DNA of 64,000 nt. Source: a virus. Numbering within the stretch: position 1 is the stretch's first letter; each line of letters begins with the position of its first letter. The position numbers and the translations under genes are program-made. This document shows, piece by piece, positions 1-10,222 of the stretch. Below the pieces are notes generated by a model, which had not been told where the DNA came from, ran no database searches, and saw nothing but the letters and a program-made list of their open reading frames with translations. Where the stretch lies: positions 64,001 to 128,000 of IMG/VR virus record IMGVR_UViG_3300034110_001237, one strand, 5' to 3'.

Positions 1-276
1 GAAAAAGAAACATCTGGTCAAGATCCTTATGTGGACGAAAATGGTGCCCAATGCCATGCTTCCAGTAAAGATGTTGATCTTGAAGTTCCAATGTATGAAC
101 TTCGTGAAGCGGTTCGAGCAGAATTTCCACAAGTCGTAGATGTAGAAAAGTTTGTCGATAATGTTTTGAAACTGCACAGTGATGATACTTACTATATGAA
201 CCATTATTATGGCGATAGTGTCACTTATGCTTACATTAAAATCAAAAAAGATGCTGACCTTAGTCGCTATCTCTAA
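1..276 (+). CDS. hypothetical protein, 5' end truncated by window edge
   Basis: Frame is open from base 1 (EKETSGQDPYVD...) to TAA at 276. Confidence 0.7.
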   Translation, partial: EKETSGQDPYVDENGAQCHASSKDVDLEVPMYELREAVRAEFPQVVDVEKFVDNVLKLHSDDTYYMNHYYGDSVTYAYIKIKKDADLSRYL

Positions 277-291
277 TTAAAAGGAAACTTT

Positions 292-597
292 ATGAGCCGC
301 ATGAATGTTCGATTTGACCGCGTATTTAACAAGAAAGGTAACTTTGATCTTAAAGAGTTTGATCTTCGTTATTTTGACCCTTATCGTCGTGACGATGATA
401 ATAAAAACCATGTTGAGTTATATGAACTCTTGTTTGATAGCAATGGTAATGTGCTAGATGAAGTTCGTCATGAACTTGAAGCTTATATCAAGCTGAAGGA
501 ATTTCCTGCCTTGTCAGATGCTGTAAAACTGTTTTATGCTGGTATCCACGGTAGTCGTACTGATGGTTCTTATCCCGCAGTTTACATGTTCAAATAA
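292..597 (+). CDS. hypothetical protein, paralog of 48084..48410
   Basis: RBS AAGGA; shares F..(V/I)FN..GNF and H......LLFDS.GN, L.DAV.L with 48084. Confidence 0.8.
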   Translation: MSRMNVRFDRVFNKKGNFDLKEFDLRYFDPYRRDDDNKNHVELYELLFDSNGNVLDEVRHELEAYIKLKEFPALSDAVKLFYAGIHGSRTDGSYPAVYMFK

Positions 598-693
598 TTC
601 AAAAATAAATTTGAAATTGTTTAAATAATAGTTGTTTTAAGTTAAAAACGTTGATATAATAACCCCACACTAACTAAAAAAGGAAATACAATC

Positions 694-819
694 ATGGCAA
701 CAGTAAATTCAGCAAAAAAAGCACAAGAAATCGAACAAGCCTACGCACAGGTTGCTGAAACCAAGCGTCGTCAGGAAGAAAAAATGTGGTCGCAACACGA
801 AAAAGCAAACAAGCGTTAA
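694..819 (+). CDS. small 41-aa helical protein (below ORF-track cutoff)
   Basis: TATAAT at ~655-660, RBS AAGGA, ATG 694 MATVNSAKKAQEIEQ...KANKR, TAA 819. Confidence 0.65.
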   Translation: MATVNSAKKAQEIEQAYAQVAETKRRQEEKMWSQHEKANKR

Positions 820-846
820 TACCCCTCATTCAAAAAAGGATTTACA

Positions 847-1182
847 ATGTCACAAGCAACTGCAGTCATTGAGTTTGACAACTTGAATAACCCACCAGAA
901 GGGTTTCATGCTTCGGCAATGGGATGGTATTTTCATGGTGAACTTGAAGACATGGTAGGATTTGATATTCCATCCGCTTCCGTTGACCTACGTGAAGTTC
1001 CAGATGGTATCTATGCCGGTTCTTACAAAGGGCTGGACTGCACCTTTTTTAACTGGTCTGTTATTGAAGAGTATGGTTCTATCAAAAAACGTCGTCATCG
1101 TGGATTCATTGTCCTTAATACGGATAAGGAAGCTTACGAATTTGCCGAGTTGGCTTACCGAACTAAACGTCAAAATCTTTAA
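847..1182 (+). CDS. hypothetical protein
   Basis: RBS AAGGA, 111 aa, followed by terminator-like hairpin. Confidence 0.8.
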   Translation: MSQATAVIEFDNLNNPPEGFHASAMGWYFHGELEDMVGFDIPSASVDLREVPDGIYAGSYKGLDCTFFNWSVIEEYGSIKKRRHRGFIVLNTDKEAYEFAELAYRTKRQNL

Positions 1183-1282
1183 AAATGTAATCTGTAAAAA
1201 AGATCAAGTTTTCTTGATCTTTTTTTTTGCCTTTATTTTCTGTTCATGGTATACTTAATCATTACTTAATTTGGAGTCTTCT

Positions 1283-1714
1283 ATGTATGATATCGTTGCG
1301 TCAAGCATCATTAATGACCTAATTCTTAATCGTGATCCTACCAGTCATCTTATTTTGGATGAACTTAAAAAGGCTCAAAGTCTTGTTGGTCAAACTGAAC
1401 TGCTGATTCAAATTGATTCAGATGACGATTTTGCGGTTGATGGGAAATCAGTTTTTTCCAAATCTTTTGTAATTGGCAATCGTGATTTGGTAGAAGTCTA
1501 TAAAGACGCTATTAAAAGTATCACTTTCGGTCATCACAATCAAAAAAACTACAAGCTTGAACGTTTCTTGGAAGATATTATGACAGAAGATTTTTTAGAG
1601 GAAGTTGCTAGCGGCCATGCATCCACAGGTGGTAATCAAACCATTGATGTATACGTTATTCCATCCCCTACTGTGTTGACTATCGGGTCAATTAAGATTG
1701 ATTTGACAAAATAA
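1283..1714 (+). CDS. hypothetical protein
   Basis: TGGTATACT -10, RBS GGAG, ATG 1283 in frame with track ORF. Confidence 0.75.
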   Translation: MYDIVASSIINDLILNRDPTSHLILDELKKAQSLVGQTELLIQIDSDDDFAVDGKSVFSKSFVIGNRDLVEVYKDAIKSITFGHHNQKNYKLERFLEDIMTEDFLEEVASGHASTGGNQTIDVYVIPSPTVLTIGSIKIDLTK

Positions 1715-1771
1715 TACTTTCAATTATTGCTCAATTATGTTAAAATAGGCCCACTTGAGGGCTTATTTTTT

Positions 1772-2419
1772 ATGAGAAAACCAATTACTGTCAACACCAT
1801 TGCAGAACTGAAATCAGTTGCATTTGATTATAATGCTCCTGTTTTCGTTGGCCCTGACATTCTGATTAGTGATTTTATTTCGACGGATGATGAATGTGAT
1901 AAACTCATTGAAAAATTAAAACCTTATCACAAAAGTGTGATTGCTTTCTGTTTTTCTCATGATGGTTTTCGTGTTCATTTTTTGATGATTGATAATTTCG
2001 TCGTCTTAAAAAAATATGCCATTGAAAATGTGACGATTATGAATTTGAAAAAATTTGTTGTCCACTCTATTCGTTTTGACACTGGCACTCATGATTGGAG
2101 CGAAAAGGAATTCTATTCCTATAAGCGTGGTAATAAACCTGTCAGTGTTAGTCGTAACTATGCTTCGTTTATTGCAAAATATGCTCATGTTTATGATAAA
2201 ACCTACGTCAGTGAAATTAGAGTAACTGATAACTCTCAATACTTGATTGATATGACATTTAATCGTAACGGTCGTAAGATTACATTAATGGAGTTGGGAG
2301 CGGAGTATCCAGAGATTGTGTCTGCATTGCGTGGAAAGGTTCGCTCAGTTGAAAACTTGACCAATAAAAGTAAGCTGATTAAATCGTTTTTACCTATTAT
2401 TGATATGATACTTATTTAA
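1772..2419 (+). CDS. hypothetical protein with C-terminal MxxI tag
   Basis: RBS GAGG before ATG 1772; ends IIDMILI. Confidence 0.8.
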   Translation: MRKPITVNTIAELKSVAFDYNAPVFVGPDILISDFISTDDECDKLIEKLKPYHKSVIAFCFSHDGFRVHFLMIDNFVVLKKYAIENVTIMNLKKFVVHSIRFDTGTHDWSEKEFYSYKRGNKPVSVSRNYASFIAKYAHVYDKTYVSEIRVTDNSQYLIDMTFNRNGRKITLMELGAEYPEIVSALRGKVRSVENLTNKSKLIKSFLPIIDMILI

Positions 2420-2422
2420 GGA

Positions 2423-3058
2423 TTGATTATGCTCCATATAGAAACTATTGACCAGTTAAAAGCATGCTTGCTCTCGGATACATCTACTGGGTTATTTATT
2501 ACTCCAGTCCAAACATTTGTAAAATCAGGTGAGCTTATTAAATATGAAAATCGAGCTGAATATTTATATCCGCTTGATGAAGTGACTTTCATTAAATTCC
2601 AAATTAGTCAAAATGTTATTGTTTTCAAAGGCTATTGCATTAAATTTGAAAAACATTACATTTATCATCGCTTAAATAACCTGCCAGCCACTTTGTTTTA
2701 TTTAAGAAATGGAGAACTCAATACAACAAGTTGGTTTGTGGATGGAGCATTGGTTCGAGATCACCCAATGCAACCTGTCATGGTTGAGCATTGTGATGGT
2801 GATTATTGGAAGTTTCAGTATGCAAAAACAGATGACAGTTTCTTTGAGATATCTTATATCCTTTTTGACAAGAAAAAGACCGGGACATTACAAATAGTGG
2901 ACATGTTAGTTCGATATCGTGGAGAAAACCTTAATCTCAAAAGTATCAAAAAACGTTATCCATTTATTGAAGATCTCACGTTTGAAGACTGTTATGACCT
3001 AAGTGTCAACATTTTTACAGATGATCAAATCACTTTAATGAGAATGATTGATATTTGA
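2423..3058 (+). CDS. hypothetical protein with C-terminal MxxI tag
   Basis: 211-aa ORF; ends LMRMIDI. Confidence 0.8.
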   Translation: MIMLHIETIDQLKACLLSDTSTGLFITPVQTFVKSGELIKYENRAEYLYPLDEVTFIKFQISQNVIVFKGYCIKFEKHYIYHRLNNLPATLFYLRNGELNTTSWFVDGALVRDHPMQPVMVEHCDGDYWKFQYAKTDDSFFEISYILFDKKKTGTLQIVDMLVRYRGENLNLKSIKKRYPFIEDLTFEDCYDLSVNIFTDDQITLMRMIDI

Positions 3059-3161
3059 AATCGGCAATATAATGCGGATTATTTATTAATTTTGGCACCT
3101 AATCGGCAATGTAATGCAGATTAAGGTGCTTTTTAGTATCGAAAACTGCATTATATTGCAG
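3059..3161. repeat. three copies of GCAAT(A/G)TAATGC(A/G)G (two direct, one inverted) between convergent genes
   Basis: AATCGGCAATATAATGCGGATTA 3059-3081, AATCGGCAATGTAATGCAGATTA 3101-3123, inverted CTGCATTATATTGCAG 3146-3161. Confidence 0.8.
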
Positions 3162-3163
3162 TC

Positions 3164-3997
3164 TTAACACTCAATCATCTCAATCAACTTTAAATAATCC
3201 ATAAAGGCTACTTTGTTTGGCCCAGTTAAATTGTCATAGAAAATTTTGTTTACAATTTTAAACCAATTTGTATTTTCAAAATCAATACTGGCATAATCCA
3301 AGAAACTTGTGTCCACATCTTCTTTGATCGAGTTCACATGATTAACAAAGCTTACCAGCAATAGTTCGCTTTGCGGTGTTCCAAAATCGTCAACATAATA
3401 ATTACTACTACGACCTTCTAAAACTTTTTTTGTCTCAAAACTCTTTTTACATAGTTTATGTTCTTTATCAAAAAAGTAACACATAGAGTTTGAATAATAG
3501 GTTTTAGCTTTAATTTTATCAATCAGGTCTGGTGTTTTAAAACAGTTCTTTTTGACTAATACATAAATCGAACCACCAAATTCCATGTCTAGATAGAAGT
3601 TTAATGTCATAGATGGGTCATTAAAATGATCGATGTTTAAATGTTTGATAAGTCCTGTTTCAGAAGTTCCACCTTCATAATTAGAACTGTAATGTGTTTG
3701 TCTGCCATTTTCGTCATAATGAACATAAATTGGCATCTCAAATCGACAATCAAATAGTTCATACAAGTTGAAGGTAAATGTGATGGTAATACAATCTTTT
3801 GTTTTTTCATTAGCGTAAAATGAGGTTTCATTTTCTTCCAAGTGAAGATGCTCTTGAATCAATTCCATTGTTATATCTGGATTATTATTGATTGCATTTA
3901 ATTTCTCACACATTAACGCATGCATAATTTGGAAGTGCCTAGGTTTCAGCATTTCCTTCGTAGATAATTCTTTATAATGTGGAAAAAATAACTTCAT
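3164..3997 (-). CDS. hypothetical protein, tandem paralog 1 of 3, C-terminal Mxx-phi tag
   Basis: Shares L.FP.Y.EL, LN(I/L).HFND, LTG...AF.DY with 4017 and 4828; ends LIEMIEC. Confidence 0.85.
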   Translation of the reverse strand: MKLFFPHYKELSTKEMLKPRHFQIMHALMCEKLNAINNNPDITMELIQEHLHLEENETSFYANEKTKDCITITFTFNLYELFDCRFEMPIYVHYDENGRQTHYSSNYEGGTSETGLIKHLNIDHFNDPSMTLNFYLDMEFGGSIYVLVKKNCFKTPDLIDKIKAKTYYSNSMCYFFDKEHKLCKKSFETKKVLEGRSSNYYVDDFGTPQSELLLVSFVNHVNSIKEDVDTSFLDYASIDFENTNWFKIVNKIFYDNLTGPNKVAFMDYLKLIEMIEC

Positions 3998-4016
3998 TTT
4001 AGTGTCCTTTTATTTC

Positions 4017-4811
4017 TTAAATTGTCATCATATCGATCACTTTCATATAATCTAAGAAAGCATTGCGTTTATCACCTGTTAAGGCATTTAAAAACATGTT
4101 ATGGACTTTTTTAAACCATTCTGGTTTATTGAAGTCTATTCTCGCATAATTAACAAACGTTGTGTCAACAGTTTCTTTTTGATTGATTATATGATTTAAA
4201 AACATTAAAAACAAATGTTCTGTTTCCAATTTTTCAAAACCTTCAAATGAATAGCTTGTTTCAGATTCTGTATCCGCATCAATAGTTTTAAATTTTCTAT
4301 ATTTTATTTTATGATGTTTATCAAAAAAATATCTTAATGTTACTGTTTTTGAATGAGACATCGGTGTTTTTATGTAATCATGTTTTACAATTTCATAACC
4401 TTCTTCTAATTCTCTTTTATTTAAATGAAACTCAAGATAAGAATGTCCATCATTAAAATGATCAAGATTTAACATCTGCATTATTTCTGAACGTTTTATT
4501 GAGCCAACATAACGTGACTCCCATGTTGTATACTTGCCGCTTTCATCGAATGAAATAGTTATTGGTATTCTAAATTTAAAATCAAAAAAAACAACATCGA
4601 AATTAATGATTACAAAATCTTTTATTGGATAAAAATGAATTTTATGGCCTACTATTTCTAAGTTCTCGACAATCAAACTTTCGTTAAATTCTAAGTTATT
4701 ATTAATTTCATTTAATTTTTCACATATTAATGTATGCACAATTTTAGAATACCTAGGGTTCAGCGACTCTTCACTGGTTAATTCTTTGTAGTCTGGAAAA
4801 ATTAAATTCAT
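4017..4811 (-). CDS. hypothetical protein, tandem paralog 2 of 3, C-terminal MxxI tag
   Basis: Same motifs; ends VIDMMTI. Confidence 0.85.
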   Translation of the reverse strand: MNLIFPDYKELTSEESLNPRYSKIVHTLICEKLNEINNNLEFNESLIVENLEIVGHKIHFYPIKDFVIINFDVVFFDFKFRIPITISFDESGKYTTWESRYVGSIKRSEIMQMLNLDHFNDGHSYLEFHLNKRELEEGYEIVKHDYIKTPMSHSKTVTLRYFFDKHHKIKYRKFKTIDADTESETSYSFEGFEKLETEHLFLMFLNHIINQKETVDTTFVNYARIDFNKPEWFKKVHNMFLNALTGDKRNAFLDYMKVIDMMTI

Positions 4812-4827
4812 TTTATTTAGTATCCTT

Positions 4828-5631
4828 TTAAATAGTTAACATATCAATCATTTTCATGTAATCTAAGAAAGCAACACGTTTATCACCTGTTAATAATCTA
4901 AAAAATGTTGAATGTGCTTTTTTTGCCCAATCAGCGTCATCAAAATTGAATGTATTATAATTAATCAAATCAATATCAGTATGTTCTTGTTCATTTGTGA
5001 TATGTCGTAAAAATTTAAGGAATAAAATCTCTGATGCTACTTTCTCGAAGCCATCAATCGAATAACTTGATGTTCCAGCACCGTTAACGCTATAGTTCAC
5101 TGTTTCAAAACTTTTGCAGTGAACAGTGTGATTTCTATTGAAGTAATATTTCAATTTTAATCTTTTCTTCGGATAGTCTGGTAACTTAACATCGTTTAAT
5201 TTGATAATTGTATACACTTCATTGAGGTCATCATCTTTTAATGAAAATTCAAGATGTGAATGGGTATCATTGAAATGATTTATATTCAATATATTCATTA
5301 TCTCTGGATATCTTGAATCCCCTTCATAATAGGAGAGCCATTGAGTATATTGACCTATATTGTTAAAATAGGCATTCACTGCCAAACAAAAGGTAAAATC
5401 GAAAAATTTAACATATAAATTGAAGGTTACATATTCTTTTGATTTATAGAAATTTGTTACTGTGTTAATAATTTTAACATTGTCCTTGATGGTTTCTTTG
5501 TTTAATTCATGATTATTATTCATGATAGTAAACTTATCACATAACATTGATTGTAAAATGTCTTTTTGTATGTCCGTTAAATTAGGAGATTTCTCTAATT
5601 CATAGTAGTTTGGAAATTTTAATGACATCAT
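4828..5631 (-). CDS. hypothetical protein, tandem paralog 3 of 3, C-terminal MxxI tag
   Basis: Same motifs; RBS GAGGA; ends MIDMLTI. Confidence 0.85.
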   Translation of the reverse strand: MMSLKFPNYYELEKSPNLTDIQKDILQSMLCDKFTIMNNNHELNKETIKDNVKIINTVTNFYKSKEYVTFNLYVKFFDFTFCLAVNAYFNNIGQYTQWLSYYEGDSRYPEIMNILNINHFNDTHSHLEFSLKDDDLNEVYTIIKLNDVKLPDYPKKRLKLKYYFNRNHTVHCKSFETVNYSVNGAGTSSYSIDGFEKVASEILFLKFLRHITNEQEHTDIDLINYNTFNFDDADWAKKAHSTFFRLLTGDKRVAFLDYMKMIDMLTI

Positions 5632-5770
5632 CAGTCCTCAGTTTTCGCATCTTTAAATTATACATCATTTTCCTATTATAGTCTAGCTTTTCGTTTGGAA
5701 AAAGCTAAAAAAAACAGTTGCTTTCATCTGTTTATTTATGTTAAAATGATCGTCTCAAAGAGGTAATTTT

Positions 5771-6205
5771 ATGGAACTGGATATAAAAGTTATAAAAGAA
5801 TTAGGATCACATGTTGGGACAAAAGTTTGGATTTGTGATTATCGTCAACCTGATTTGGATAAGAAAGCTATCCGTCATGTCCCTCCAACAGAAGTATTCA
5901 TTGTTTCAAATGAAGAAAATAAAACCAACAAGAAAATTTATTATTCTGACACCCATTTTAGACCAGTTGGTAAAAATGGCGAAGCCAGCAGTAAAATGAT
6001 TGCTATTTTTGACAACACTGGCTACCGTGCTTATCCGGGTGTTCCGCTTCATGTTTTTGATAACAAAGAAGAGTGTGTTGACTTTTACAATGACCAAGCT
6101 GATAAAATTATTTCAGCAATTGATGACAAGATCAGTTGGGTTGTGGTAGGATTGAACAATTACAAAAACGAAATTCTCGACAATAAACTTAAATCAAGGA
6201 AATAA
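5771..6205 (+). CDS. hypothetical protein
   Basis: RBS GAGG, 144 aa. Confidence 0.8.
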   Translation: MELDIKVIKELGSHVGTKVWICDYRQPDLDKKAIRHVPPTEVFIVSNEENKTNKKIYYSDTHFRPVGKNGEASSKMIAIFDNTGYRAYPGVPLHVFDNKEECVDFYNDQADKIISAIDDKISWVVVGLNNYKNEILDNKLKSRK

Positions 6206-6208
6206 TCA

Positions 6209-6646
6209 ATGACTACTCCAGTAGAAATAGGTGTTAAAGATCGGTATGGTGTTGAAATCGTTCAGGGTGATTATGTAAAGTTTGATTTTTCTGACTTGAT
6301 GGACACTCCATTCAGTAACAGTCACTTTGGACAACTGATTCGCAAGCATAGCCTTGAAAAGTGTGTCATTCACTTTATGGCTGCAAAGACCTTTCAACCT
6401 GACTACGGTTGGCACAATACCTTATGCTATGTCATCTACTTTTTGAAAAATGATGATGTATTTCTTCGTCGTGAAGATCGTGAAGCAGATGAACCCCCTT
6501 ATGTTCGGACGGGTGATGAACCGCCTTACTTTACTTACGATTTTGATGCTCGTTTCTTGGTCTACATTAAACAGAAAGACCGTTTCAGTATTTCTGGTCA
6601 TTCAGATAATACACTTTTGACACTGGATGAGATCAAATCCGCTTAA
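6209..6646 (+). CDS. hypothetical protein with YopX-like N-terminal motif
   Basis: GVKDRYGVEIVQGDYV resembles the YopX G.KD.NG.EIYEGDIV motif. Confidence 0.6.
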   Translation: MTTPVEIGVKDRYGVEIVQGDYVKFDFSDLMDTPFSNSHFGQLIRKHSLEKCVIHFMAAKTFQPDYGWHNTLCYVIYFLKNDDVFLRREDREADEPPYVRTGDEPPYFTYDFDARFLVYIKQKDRFSISGHSDNTLLTLDEIKSA

Positions 6647-6694
6647 CTATTTATAACGATGGCTTAGGTCATCTTTTCATTTGGAGTTTTAACC

Positions 6695-7024
6695 ATGCTT
6701 AATTTTCTTTTTAAAAAAGTGATTGTTGTTGAATATGATGACCGTATTAGTATCTATGATACCTTTAAAAAAGTAAAACGTAATGATGCTCTATTGGAAT
6801 ATGTCAACAGCAATTTGACACTTAAAAGTGGTTCTAAGTCGATGCCAGCAGAATTGCACACAGGTGCTGAATTTTATTATCCAGTGACATTGTACGCCGC
6901 CCACCGTTTTAATTTCTTGCACCTTAGTGATGCAGCTTCGTGTGCTTATCATCAATTTAAATCTGTTTTGATACGTTCTTCATGTGACTGGGATGGATTT
7001 TCAGCATACTCTTTTAAAAAATAA
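6695..7024 (+). CDS. hypothetical protein
   Basis: RBS GGAG, 109 aa. Confidence 0.75.
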   Translation: MLNFLFKKVIVVEYDDRISIYDTFKKVKRNDALLEYVNSNLTLKSGSKSMPAELHTGAEFYYPVTLYAAHRFNFLHLSDAASCAYHQFKSVLIRSSCDWDGFSAYSFKK

Positions 7025-7045
7025 ACATATTTCTTTGGAGATTTT

Positions 7046-7483
7046 ATGAATAAAGATAACTTTCATACTGATAACTGTAAAGCAGATAAAAGGAAATCTA
7101 TTGTTATACTTTCAATTATTTCTTCAATCTACATACTTATTTTATTTGTTGTTTTTGGATGTATGTATATTTATCAATCTCTTTATTTTAAAAGTCAACA
7201 ATCTTCATTAGAAGTTTCAAAATTCACAATTTTTCATGATCAATTTGATAAGTCTACGCAAACATGGCTGATAGGTGTAATTTCAGACGATTCCGATATT
7301 GCTGGGTCTTTCTCCTGTGCAAAAAAACCACTCAACCACAATCCAGAGCTGTATTACGTTATTGATTACTTAACCACATTTTCCGGCAAAAACAAAAAAT
7401 CATATGATTTTGAAAATCTTATGAATTGCTATAAGATTGTTAAACTTCCAGAACTTGGTTCTGGCCGTCAGGTGAAGCTTTAG
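7046..7483 (+). CDS. single-pass membrane protein
   Basis: RBS GGAG; N-terminal hydrophobic helix. Confidence 0.75.
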   Translation: MNKDNFHTDNCKADKRKSIVILSIISSIYILILFVVFGCMYIYQSLYFKSQQSSLEVSKFTIFHDQFDKSTQTWLIGVISDDSDIAGSFSCAKKPLNHNPELYYVIDYLTTFSGKNKKSYDFENLMNCYKIVKLPELGSGRQVKL

Positions 7484-7543
7484 TGGTTGATTTTTTCTCA
7501 ATTCATGATATAATGTCATTCTAAATTATTAGAGGTCTTTATC

Positions 7544-8023
7544 ATGGGTGTTACCTTTCAGGCTCAAATCAATCACAACGACTACCCAGAAGTTAAAGTC
7601 TTCATGGCTGATCGTTATCCTGATCTTGATGAAGAATACTTCAAGCTTGAAGGCTACTGCCCATTTGATGAAGAAACTCAACGCCATTACCAAATGGAGC
7701 GTGTCATTGACTTTAAACAAAGTCGTGATTTTAGTTATGCTAATTTCTATTTGATTTTGGATTTGGTTGATCGCAATATCCGTATTGCTACCCAAGCCGA
7801 TGGTGGATACTATGCTATTGATCATGCTGATATTCAGATTTTCCGCAAAAAAGTCTTTATGGCTTTGAATAAAGTCAATGAGATCAATGCTGTTGAACCC
7901 ACGCAAAACGGTAACTTCTATGATGGTGGTGCATCAACTGATTACATTCGTGATGCCATGACCGACATGCTTGAAATTATTGATCAGGCATACAAGAAAA
8001 ACTTAAACGTATTTTGGGCCTAA
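7544..8023 (+). CDS. hypothetical protein
   Basis: TATAAT upstream, RBS GAGG, 159 aa. Confidence 0.8.
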   Translation: MGVTFQAQINHNDYPEVKVFMADRYPDLDEEYFKLEGYCPFDEETQRHYQMERVIDFKQSRDFSYANFYLILDLVDRNIRIATQADGGYYAIDHADIQIFRKKVFMALNKVNEINAVEPTQNGNFYDGGASTDYIRDAMTDMLEIIDQAYKKNLNVFWA

Positions 8024-8373
8024 TGATGATAAAATCAAACCAGATATTTAAAGCCGGATTATGCACCATCTTTGGTGCTGTAGCTTTTTCATTATTTTTT
8101 TGGAATGGTTATATGAACGATACTGGTCGCTACATGATTTGGAAAGCCTTCGAAGGCGACTCCCAGCTTCTTATGTTTGCTGTCTTTATGATGCCTTTAC
8201 TGATGGGATTGCCGACTGGTTTTGGTCTTATCTTTTATTCTTTTCGTAGAGAACGCATTGAACTAGAAGATGAAATTAACGAACGGATTGCTATCAGGGA
8301 TCAAAAATTAGAAAATCCTGCATTAACAGCTACTGAACGTTTAGATATTATTCTAGACACTCACAAACACTAA
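8023..8373 (+). CDS. membrane protein (2 TM)
   Basis: Stop/start overlap TAATG with upstream gene; two hydrophobic segments. Confidence 0.75.
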   Translation: MMIKSNQIFKAGLCTIFGAVAFSLFFWNGYMNDTGRYMIWKAFEGDSQLLMFAVFMMPLLMGLPTGFGLIFYSFRRERIELEDEINERIAIRDQKLENPALTATERLDIILDTHKH

Positions 8374-8388
8374 CTACGGAGGTTTCAT

Positions 8389-8769
8389 ATGACAATTGCT
8401 CAGAAAGACAATGAAAGTTTTGTTAACGCTATACGTTCAATGACTGAAAAGTTTATTGTTCTCTATGAAAGTAAATCTGTATCCCAAGATTTTTCTTGGT
8501 TTAAGTTTCGTGATGATACACTTTTAACCGCAATCCAACATTCTTTTGGTGAGCTTACTAAAGAAGAACGTGAGCAATATGATCATGTGTTTAATAATGT
8601 CATGAATCTGCATGGTTATGTTCAAAAAAAGGTCAGTATGTTTGATGATGAAGTCGAAGTGTGGCACACAACCCCCAGTTTGAATATTCAGCTTCATGAA
8701 TACCTTGGCATTGCTTGGGGTGATTATCACCATTTTATGTTTGGGCGTAATGTTTATTCAAAACAATAA
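8389..8769 (+). CDS. hypothetical protein
   Basis: RBS GGAGG, 126 aa. Confidence 0.8.
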   Translation: MTIAQKDNESFVNAIRSMTEKFIVLYESKSVSQDFSWFKFRDDTLLTAIQHSFGELTKEEREQYDHVFNNVMNLHGYVQKKVSMFDDEVEVWHTTPSLNIQLHEYLGIAWGDYHHFMFGRNVYSKQ

Positions 8770-8783
8770 AATTAGTTAATATA

Positions 8784-9419
8784 ATGAGGTGCTGCTTGTT
8801 AAGTCCAACAGAAAGAAATACATTCATTACAACAGCCATTCAATTCGCTTCGAAACATAAGATACCAACGAATAATTATCTTGATAAGTTTCGACTTTCA
8901 TTTCATGATCATAAAAATGAAGAATTCGTGCCTAATCATTATTTTGATTATTCAAGATATGCTTCAATTATCTTGAAAGATTTCGATCTACAACACTCTA
9001 ATTTAAAACTAACAAGCCTATTAAAACCTTATATTAAACACTTGAATATTAACATTGATTTTGATCGACTGCGATTGCATCAATATTATAAAATTGGCTT
9101 AAAACCAGATTACTCATCAATTGAAGATGTGTTATATTTGAGCATTCAACTTGTTAGTATTAATCCTACCAAAGAAGTTCAAGATAGAATAACGATTCGA
9201 TATTATTTTACACCTATCAAAACTTATTTTAAACAATCTATTTTTCCTCGCAGTTTTAATGCTGATGGTTTTGTATTGCATGTTTATTACAAAGATATTG
9301 AATCGTCAGTCATTGCTTTGTTGGAAAGCAATAGAAGAGTCATTGAAAACATCCTTGGATACAGCATTGATCACGTCAATCAAGACACTGTTGACCTTCT
9401 AGATATGTCAATGATTTGA
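8784..9419 (+). CDS. hypothetical protein, paralog of 9514, C-terminal MxxI tag
   Basis: Shares LK.DY.S..DV.Y and VYYKD.ES with 9514; ends LLDMSMI; exact start uncertain. Confidence 0.8.
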   Translation: MRCCLLSPTERNTFITTAIQFASKHKIPTNNYLDKFRLSFHDHKNEEFVPNHYFDYSRYASIILKDFDLQHSNLKLTSLLKPYIKHLNINIDFDRLRLHQYYKIGLKPDYSSIEDVLYLSIQLVSINPTKEVQDRITIRYYFTPIKTYFKQSIFPRSFNADGFVLHVYYKDIESSVIALLESNRRVIENILGYSIDHVNQDTVDLLDMSMI

Positions 9420-9513
9420 TTTTATCATCTTTTCGTTGACTCTAACGTCTAAATATGCCATAATATAGCATCATTAACTGACAGTAGACACATATATTTA
9501 TTGGTATTTTTTC

Positions 9514-10143
9514 ATGAAAGCAAATGATAATGACATTGATTATTTCAAATCACTTTTAGCTGTGTTTTCTGCTGAACATAAACTCCACGTTGATAAATAT
9601 TGTTCAAGAAGACTCTTGAGTTTTTACACTCATGATTTCAAGCCGCTTATGTTGCATAAAATGGATATTGATATCGTCGCCCCACTGGTGTTAAAGCCCT
9701 TCAAAGCTTTTAATGTCGAACGACTGGTTAAAAAAGCAAAAATTATCTTTGATGAATTTGTTGATGAACGTCTTGAAGGCTTTATGCTGCCTGATTTTTA
9801 TGATACCTTTGAAACGCATACTATTCAATCTGTTGTATTGAAGAAGGATTATACCAGTCTTCTGGATGTGGCTTATTATCAGGTTGAATTGATTAGTGAT
9901 ACAAAACCTACTCGTATTTTTATCAACCTTCATACTGAGCCTGTTACGCCTTCTTATCGAAGAGACAGTAACAAGCGAGGTTCTATTAAATATATCATTG
10001 CTGATGTTTACTACAAAGATATGGAGTCTATTAAGGAACCTATGTTAGCCTATTATTTAACAGAAGTCAGTGCATTCCTTCAAATTCCAGTTACTGACAT
10101 GGATGAAAACGTCTTGACCTTGATTAAAATGGCTAAAATCTAA
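9514..10143 (+). CDS. hypothetical protein, paralog of 8784, C-terminal MxxI tag
   Basis: TTGACT..CATAAT promoter; ends LIKMAKI. Confidence 0.8.
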   Translation: MKANDNDIDYFKSLLAVFSAEHKLHVDKYCSRRLLSFYTHDFKPLMLHKMDIDIVAPLVLKPFKAFNVERLVKKAKIIFDEFVDERLEGFMLPDFYDTFETHTIQSVVLKKDYTSLLDVAYYQVELISDTKPTRIFINLHTEPVTPSYRRDSNKRGSIKYIIADVYYKDMESIKEPMLAYYLTEVSAFLQIPVTDMDENVLTLIKMAKI

Positions 10144-10179
10144 AAACATATCCTTTTTTCTTGACGAATTTATATTTTT

Positions 10180-10189
10180 TTAGTATAAT
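10180..10189 (+). promoter_or_regulatory. sigma70-like promoter -10 (TTGACG -35 at 10161) for RNA ligase gene
   Basis: TTGACG-N17-TATAAT, near consensus. Confidence 0.7.
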
Positions 10190-10222
10190 CACGAGATTGA
10201 GAATAAAAGAGGATTTCATAAA

